Source of the DNA: Candidatus Omnitrophota bacterium
GTDB lineage: Bacteria; Omnitrophota; Gorgyraeia; JAFGHF01
NCBI GenBank assembly: GCA_042571705.1
Contig: JBHPFV010000002.1
Span: 46,822-110,821 of the forward strand
Direction: 5' to 3'
DNA length: 64,000 bases
Shown in pieces: positions 58,543-64,000 of the stretch. Numbering within the stretch: position 1 is the first letter of the stretch; each line of letters begins with the position of its first letter. A model generated the notes under the pieces. That model ran no database searches, was not told the origin of the DNA, and worked only from the letters and a program-made list of their open reading frames with translations. Both the position numbers and the translations under genes were made by a program.

Positions 58543-59511
58543 CTAGTTTACCAAATGGCAGGACAGATAATGTCCGGGGCTGGCCTGTTTTAAAACCGGC
58601 TGATGCCGGGCGCAAACATCCATTGCCTTTGGGCAACGGGTTCTAAACCGGCAACCGGAAGGCAGCTTAAGGCCTGATGTAACTTCACCACGCAGCCTGG
58701 AGCGGTTTTTTCTATCCTTGGGGTCGGAAACAGGCACCGCACTAAGCAAGGCCTGTGTATAAGGATGCAATGGCCCAGCAAACAACTCCAGGTTAGGGGC
58801 CTTTTCCACAATCTGACCCAAATACATCACCGCCACCTGATCGCAAAAGGTCCTGGTTACATTTAAATCGTGAGTAATAAAAAGATAAGTCAAGCTAAAC
58901 TGCTCTTGTAAATCATAAAACAAGTTAATAATCTGGGCCTGCACAGATACGTCTAAAGAAGAAATCGGCTCATCCAACACTAAAAACAATGGGCGCAGGC
59001 TAATCGCCCGGGCGATGCCGATGCGCTGCCTTTGGCCGCCGCTAAAACTGTGCGGATAACGATTGGCGGCGTCACGACTTAAGCCAACAACTTCTAATAG
59101 CTGGGCTACCTGCTTTTGAATCTCTCTCTTGGATAACTGCCCAAAAAAACCCAAGCCCTCGGAGATAATCCGACCAACCGTAAAACGCGGATCAAGCGAA
59201 TTAAACGGGTCTTGAAACACGATTTGCATATCTTTTCTCAAAGAGCGCATTTGGCGATTGGAAATCTTGGTGATTTCTTTTTGATCAAAAAATATCTTTC
59301 CGCTATCAGGCTCAAGCAAGCGCAGAATCGAGCGGCCCAAAGTAGTCTTGCCGCAGCCTGATTCACCAACGAGCCCTAAGGTCTTACCCTGCTCGATCTC
59401 CAGACTGATGCCGTCCACCGCCTTGATCCACCCGACAGTTTTGTAAAACAATCCCTTTTTAACAGGGTAATATTTTTTAAGCGCCTCGATCTTGATTAAG
59501 GGTTTTTTCAT
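58543..59511 (-). CDS. oppF: oligopeptide ABC transporter ATP-binding subunit (OppF/DppF)
   Basis: [38 protein letters not shown]. Confidence 0.88.
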   Translation of the reverse strand: MKKPLIKIEALKKYYPVKKGLFYKTVGWIKAVDGISLEIEQGKTLGLVGESGCGKTTLGRSILRLLEPDSGKIFFDQKEITKISNRQMRSLRKDMQIVFQDPFNSLDPRFTVGRIISEGLGFFGQLSKREIQKQVAQLLEVVGLSRDAANRYPHSFSGGQRQRIGIARAISLRPLFLVLDEPISSLDVSVQAQIINLFYDLQEQFSLTYLFITHDLNVTRTFCDQVAVMYLGQIVEKAPNLELFAGPLHPYTQALLSAVPVSDPKDRKNRSRLRGEVTSGLKLPSGCRFRTRCPKAMDVCARHQPVLKQASPGHYLSCHLVN

Positions 59512-60473
59512 TTGGCCTTCCAACAACTAACCTGATGCCCCTGATCAAACGGTAAAAATGGCGGATATTCATCTTGACAGCGGGCAATCGCCCGGTCGCA
59601 GCGAGGATGAAAAGCGCATCCCGATGGTTTATCAGCCGGATCCGGCACAGTACCTCTGATCGCCGCCAGCCTTTTCCGGGCTTGACCCCGGCCGGGTCTA
59701 GAATCAAGAAGTTTCTGGGTGTAGGGGTGCTTAGGCTGCTCAAAAATTGTAAATACATCGGTAACTTCGACTACTTTTCCGGCATACATAATGCAGACTC
59801 TATCCGCCACCTCAGCTACAATTCCTAAATCATGCGTAATTAGTAGTACGGACATATTAAGCTTCTCTTTTAGATGAGCAAAAAGTTGTAAGATCTCGGC
59901 CTGGATGGTTACATCCAAAGCCGTGGTCGGTTCATCAGCAATCAAAATCTTAGGATTTCCGGCTAGACCTTGGGCAATCATCGCCCGTTGTCTTAAACCG
60001 CCGCTTAAATTATGCGGATAATCGCTATATCTTTGTTCAGCCTGCGGCATCTCCACCTGCCTCAAAAGCTGAACTACTCTTTGCTGGGCCTCTTGCCGGC
60101 TTAAGTTTTGGTGGGCCAAAAGCGCCTCTTGGATCTGATAACCAATCGTATAGAGCGGATTCAAGGCGCTCATCGGCTCCTGAAAAATCATCCCGATTTC
60201 CTGACCTCTGATTGCGCGCATCTTTTGTCTTTTAAGCCTGGTCAAATCCTGGCCTTGAAAATTAACCTCACCCCCCATAATCTTGCCGGGAGGATTGGGC
60301 ACCAGGCCCATAATCGAAAGCGCGGTTACTGTCTTACCGCATCCGGATTCACCCACTAAGGCCAAGGTCTCCCCTTTCTGTAGCGTGAAAGAAACGCCTT
60401 CTACTGCCCGGGAGACTTTTTCTTCAAGATAAAAATAGGTATGTAGATTTTTGACTTCTAGTATATTATCCAT
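59508..60473 (-). CDS. oppD: oligopeptide ABC transporter ATP-binding subunit (OppD/DppD)
   Basis: [39 protein letters not shown]. Confidence 0.88.
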   Translation of the reverse strand: MDNILEVKNLHTYFYLEEKVSRAVEGVSFTLQKGETLALVGESGCGKTVTALSIMGLVPNPPGKIMGGEVNFQGQDLTRLKRQKMRAIRGQEIGMIFQEPMSALNPLYTIGYQIQEALLAHQNLSRQEAQQRVVQLLRQVEMPQAEQRYSDYPHNLSGGLRQRAMIAQGLAGNPKILIADEPTTALDVTIQAEILQLFAHLKEKLNMSVLLITHDLGIVAEVADRVCIMYAGKVVEVTDVFTIFEQPKHPYTQKLLDSRPGRGQARKRLAAIRGTVPDPADKPSGCAFHPRCDRAIARCQDEYPPFLPFDQGHQVSCWKAK

Positions 60474-61576
60474 TAAAGCTTTCTGCCAACTTCCATTTGC
60501 GGATCCAGCGCATCACGTAAACCGTCACCTAAAAAGTTAAACGCCATCACCGTAATAAAAATAAACACGCCCGGAATTAAAATCCAGGGATGGAACTTAA
60601 TTTGGGCCACGGCCATGGCCTCAGTTAATAAGTTGCCCCAGCTGGCGTGCGGGTCTTGAATCCCCAGGCCTAAAAGGCTTAAGGCCGACTCACCTAAAAT
60701 ATACCCGGGAATGGAAAGGCTCAAAGCCACGATAATATAGGAAAGCGTATTCGGCAGCACGTGCCTGGCGATTATTGTCAGCGGGCTGGCCCCCAAAGCT
60801 CGGGCGGCCAGCACGTATTCTTTCTCCCGAATAGAAAGGGCCATGCCTCTGACTACCCGGGCCAGGCTGGCCCAACCGATAAAGCTCATAATCACCACGA
60901 TCAAAAAATATACCTGCAACGAGGAAAGCTGCGGCGGAAAGGCCGCCCTTAAGGCCAGCATCAGATAAAAGCCGGGGATCATCATAATCATCTCGCAGGC
61001 GCGCATGATCAGGTTATCGATCTTGCCGCCAAAGTAACCGGAGATGCCGCCGATTATCGAACCAATCACGAAGGTAATCGCTACTCCTGCCAGTCCGATA
61101 GAAAGCGAGACCCGCGCGCCAAAAAGGATGCGCGAAAAAAGGTCGCGGCCGCGGGAATCAGCGCCCAACAAATAGATCCGCCCGGGGGCATCTACGCCAA
61201 AAAGATGTAGACGGCTCGGGAACAATCCTAAGAATTTATACTCATCGCCACGGACAAAGAATTTAAGCGGATAAACCTTGTTTCGATCAACTGTATAAAC
61301 ACGGCGATAGAATTTATCGAACTGGGCCGCACAAATATAAACAAACGGACGCAGATGGATCTTGCCTGCGGCGTCAATGAAACGCAGCCTGGTCGGGGGA
61401 TTATAGGAATTGGCTCTTTGCTCGTTATCATAGTGGTAGGGAGCGAGAAAATCAGCAAAAATTGCGGAGAAGTAAAGGCAGACTAATACGGAAAATCCAA
61501 TAATGGCCAATGGATTCTGCCTTAATTTCCTTAAAGCCAGTTGGAACGGATTGAGGTATGCGCGCTGCATTTTCAT
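60473..61576 (-). CDS. oppC: oligopeptide ABC transporter permease (OppC/DppC)
   Basis: LG.D..GRD.FSR...GAR.SL, EYV.AARALGA. Confidence 0.88.
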   Translation of the reverse strand: MKMQRAYLNPFQLALRKLRQNPLAIIGFSVLVCLYFSAIFADFLAPYHYDNEQRANSYNPPTRLRFIDAAGKIHLRPFVYICAAQFDKFYRRVYTVDRNKVYPLKFFVRGDEYKFLGLFPSRLHLFGVDAPGRIYLLGADSRGRDLFSRILFGARVSLSIGLAGVAITFVIGSIIGGISGYFGGKIDNLIMRACEMIMMIPGFYLMLALRAAFPPQLSSLQVYFLIVVIMSFIGWASLARVVRGMALSIREKEYVLAARALGASPLTIIARHVLPNTLSYIIVALSLSIPGYILGESALSLLGLGIQDPHASWGNLLTEAMAVAQIKFHPWILIPGVFIFITVMAFNFLGDGLRDALDPQMEVGRKL

Positions 61577-62538
61577 TTGTACTGTATCCTCGGGTCAGAC
61601 CAGGCTAACAGGATATCGGCAATTAGATTACCGCAAATCAACATCACCCCACCCATCAGCATGCTGCCCATTACCAAAAATAAATCCTGGCTTCTCACCG
61701 CTTGAAGCATTACTGTGCCTAAACCAGGCCAGCCAATGATAATCTCGGTTAAGGCCGCCCCGCTGAGCAGGCCGGACAAAGAATAACCAAAGATAGTAAT
61801 CATCGGATTAATCGCATTACGCAGGGCGTGAGTATAAATTACCCGGCGCTCAGAAAGACCTTTGGCCCGGGCAGTAGTGATGTACTGGGCGCGTAAGACC
61901 TCCAACATATTGCCGCGCATCAACCGTTGTAACCCGGCTAAGGCACTGGTGCCAATCACTATAGTGGGAATTACTAAATGCTTCAACAAATCCCAGATTT
62001 TTCCTAATCTAGACAGGCCTTCATAATTTGCGGAATGCATCCCTCCCAGAGGTAAAACACCCGTCAAGGAAACTAAATACAATAACAGCAAGGCAAAAAA
62101 GAAATTGGGAATGGATATCCCTATGAATGAAAACGTGGAAAATACACGATCCCCGATTTTGTTTTGGTGTACCGCGCAGTAGATGCCTATTGGAATAGCG
62201 ATTAACCAGGTAAATAACAGCGCGCTTAAAGACAATATAAAGGTATTAAACAGCCGGCCTTTAATGATCCTGGTTACCGGGCTCATCAAAGAAAAGGAGT
62301 AGCCTAAGTCCAGGCGCAGCAGATTCTTCAACCAATATCCATACTGAACCAAAGGATGCTTGTCTAAATGATAGCGGGCCTCGTATTGCTCAATGGTCTG
62401 TTGGGAAATCTGAGGGTTCATCCGCAGTGTATCAAAGTAGTTACCCGGGGCCAGCTGAATGACCATAAAGGCCACAAAGGTCATCGCCAACAGCAGCGGA
62501 ATGAAGATTAACACTCTGCGAATAATATAATTGGTCAT
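61573..62538 (-). CDS. oppB: oligopeptide ABC transporter permease (OppB/DppB)
   Basis: YIIRR, DLG.S, YITTARAKGL, HALRNA, WPGLG. Confidence 0.88.
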   Translation of the reverse strand: MTNYIIRRVLIFIPLLLAMTFVAFMVIQLAPGNYFDTLRMNPQISQQTIEQYEARYHLDKHPLVQYGYWLKNLLRLDLGYSFSLMSPVTRIIKGRLFNTFILSLSALLFTWLIAIPIGIYCAVHQNKIGDRVFSTFSFIGISIPNFFFALLLLYLVSLTGVLPLGGMHSANYEGLSRLGKIWDLLKHLVIPTIVIGTSALAGLQRLMRGNMLEVLRAQYITTARAKGLSERRVIYTHALRNAINPMITIFGYSLSGLLSGAALTEIIIGWPGLGTVMLQAVRSQDLFLVMGSMLMGGVMLICGNLIADILLAWSDPRIQYK

Positions 62539-64000
62539 TTTTTCACAAAGATCTCTTCCAGGTTATGAAAGGCGCCACCGTAAGAGGTAGGATAAAGATT
62601 GCCGAACTTATTACGCACAGCAATGATTACTTTCGGAAGGACTGTATAAATAAATGGCGCTTCTTCGGCGATGATTTGTTGCCATTCATCATAGAGTTGT
62701 TTACGTTTATGTTTATCTAATTCCTGCACGCCTTGATTGAATATTTCATCGATCCGTTTTTCCCAAGCGGTAGCAGGTTGGGCTTGCTTAGGATACCACA
62801 TGTGCAGCTGACCTGAGGACTGCCAAACATTGTTGCCAAAATGAGGGTCCAGGCCGCCCCCGGTCAAGGCCAGGATCACCGCGTCCCAATCATAACTGGA
62901 ATTTAATTTGACCACCAGGTTATTGAATTCCAATTGCATAAAATGGACTTTAAAACCTAAATTCTCCAGGTCTTTCCGGATAATGTTGGCAATCTGTATC
63001 CTTTGGGTATTTCCGGAATTGGTAAACAGGCTGAATTCAATCTCGTTGCCATTTTGATCCTCAACGATCCCGTCTTTATCTCGATCATAAATACCAACTT
63101 CGCGCAGAAGGCTGCGGGCCTGATTCAAATCATATTCATACTTTTTAACTTTAGAATTGTAGAAGAAGCCCATGGCTGGGCTCATCGCCGCATGCTGCGG
63201 ATAACCTAACCCATTCATCACAATATCTATTATTGATTTTTTGTCGATGCTATAGGCTACCGCCTGTCTAAAATGTTTATTGGTAAACCAGGCCAATTTC
63301 TCAGGCGCAAGATATGCTTTACCGGTTTTTTGATCAAGGCTGCGATTTTGATTAAACACCAGGAAGTTGGTTCCCCGTCCGGGGCCGACTTCGTAAACAG
63401 TGAAGTTGCCTTCTTTTTCCTTGGGTTTAAGAATCGGATAGTCGCTGCCGCGCAGGGCATAAGAATCCAGCTCGCCTTCCTGGAATTTAAGTAACGCGGT
63501 CTCCTCACTTTGGACAATTAAGTAGACTATTTTCCCCAAATAAGGCAAACGGTTCTGTTGCTGGTCTTTTCGCCAGTAGCGGGGGTTTCTTTCAAAAACC
63601 ACCCTTTGCCCGGGGAGGTATTTAATTAATTTAAACGGGCCGGTGCCGATAATAGATTCCGGGGCGGCATCTAAGGTCCAGGTAGAATTAAACTTACCCC
63701 CCGCCACCGCTTCCTGGAGCACATGTTTCGGTAAGATTTCCTGGCCCATACTGCGCAAAAAAGGCGCGAATTTAACCGGCAGGGTAAATCTGACCGTAAA
63801 CTTATTCACCTTTTCTACTTTAAATATTTTACCCTCGATAGTAAAGATATCCCGCGATGAATTGGGGATCTCGGGGTCATAAATCAGCTTATTGAAGGTA
63901 AACACGACATCATCAGCTGTAAACTGCTGGCCATCGAACCACTGGACGTCTTGGCGTAAGCGAAAAGTCCAGATTAAGCCGGACTGATCTACTTGCCAGG
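62535..64000 (-). CDS. oppA: ABC transporter substrate-binding protein, family 5 (5' end outside the window)
   Basis: F.LR..V.W.DG..FTADDV.FTF, GTGPF, FRQAVAY.ID. Confidence 0.85.
   Translation of the reverse strand, partial: WQVDQSGLIWTFRLRQDVQWFDGQQFTADDVVFTFNKLIYDPEIPNSSRDIFTIEGKIFKVEKVNKFTVRFTLPVKFAPFLRSMGQEILPKHVLQEAVAGGKFNSTWTLDAAPESIIGTGPFKLIKYLPGQRVVFERNPRYWRKDQQQNRLPYLGKIVYLIVQSEETALLKFQEGELDSYALRGSDYPILKPKEKEGNFTVYEVGPGRGTNFLVFNQNRSLDQKTGKAYLAPEKLAWFTNKHFRQAVAYSIDKKSIIDIVMNGLGYPQHAAMSPAMGFFYNSKVKKYEYDLNQARSLLREVGIYDRDKDGIVEDQNGNEIEFSLFTNSGNTQRIQIANIIRKDLENLGFKVHFMQLEFNNLVVKLNSSYDWDAVILALTGGGLDPHFGNNVWQSSGQLHMWYPKQAQPATAWEKRIDEIFNQGVQELDKHKRKQLYDEWQQIIAEEAPFIYTVLPKVIIAVRNKFGNLYPTSYGGAFHNLEEIFVKK

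Noticed and set aside
804-63882. Numerous plus-strand and nested minus-strand ORFs in the six-frame track
   Set aside because: They are shadows of well-supported genes and have no recognisable motifs.

Overview
This is a bacterial chromosomal window of moderate GC content. Every credible gene lies on the minus strand. Gene content and order suggest a PVC-superphylum organism such as Ca. Omnitrophota (inference, not certain). Most of the window is housekeeping: opp ABC transporter, glycogen genes, leuCDB-asd-truA, rplM-rpsI, argCJBDFGH, lysA-dapFAB-dapL, folK-panC-nadA-nadX, uvrA, polA, rho, rpmE-prfA-prmC-murA, rpsP-trmD-rplS-rnhB, polX and rsmA. The most interesting signals are non-coding. 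(1) An AT-rich, integrase-less pair of integron-like gene cassettes, with one well-formed attC site and an attI-like site, splits leuC from leuD. One cassette encodes a HEPN/AbiU2-like protein. (2) A ~260-270 nt nested-hairpin element with ssDNA-type features (GNA triloops, tandem GA mismatches, a bulged base) heads that array and recurs 50 kb away downstream of polX, with a conserved core and unrelated but still pairing outer arms. (3) A family of ~11-bp palindrome-like units forms 23-bp-period mini-arrays, is scattered in intergenic gaps, and has inserted in frame into prmC. Also notable are a DEDD-exonuclease-WYL fusion, a tandem Cc1-like basic DNA-binding protein and a candidate structured RNA upstream of rsmA. 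No tRNA, rRNA, CRISPR array, integrase or transposase gene was recognised. All calls are by eye; no searches were run.
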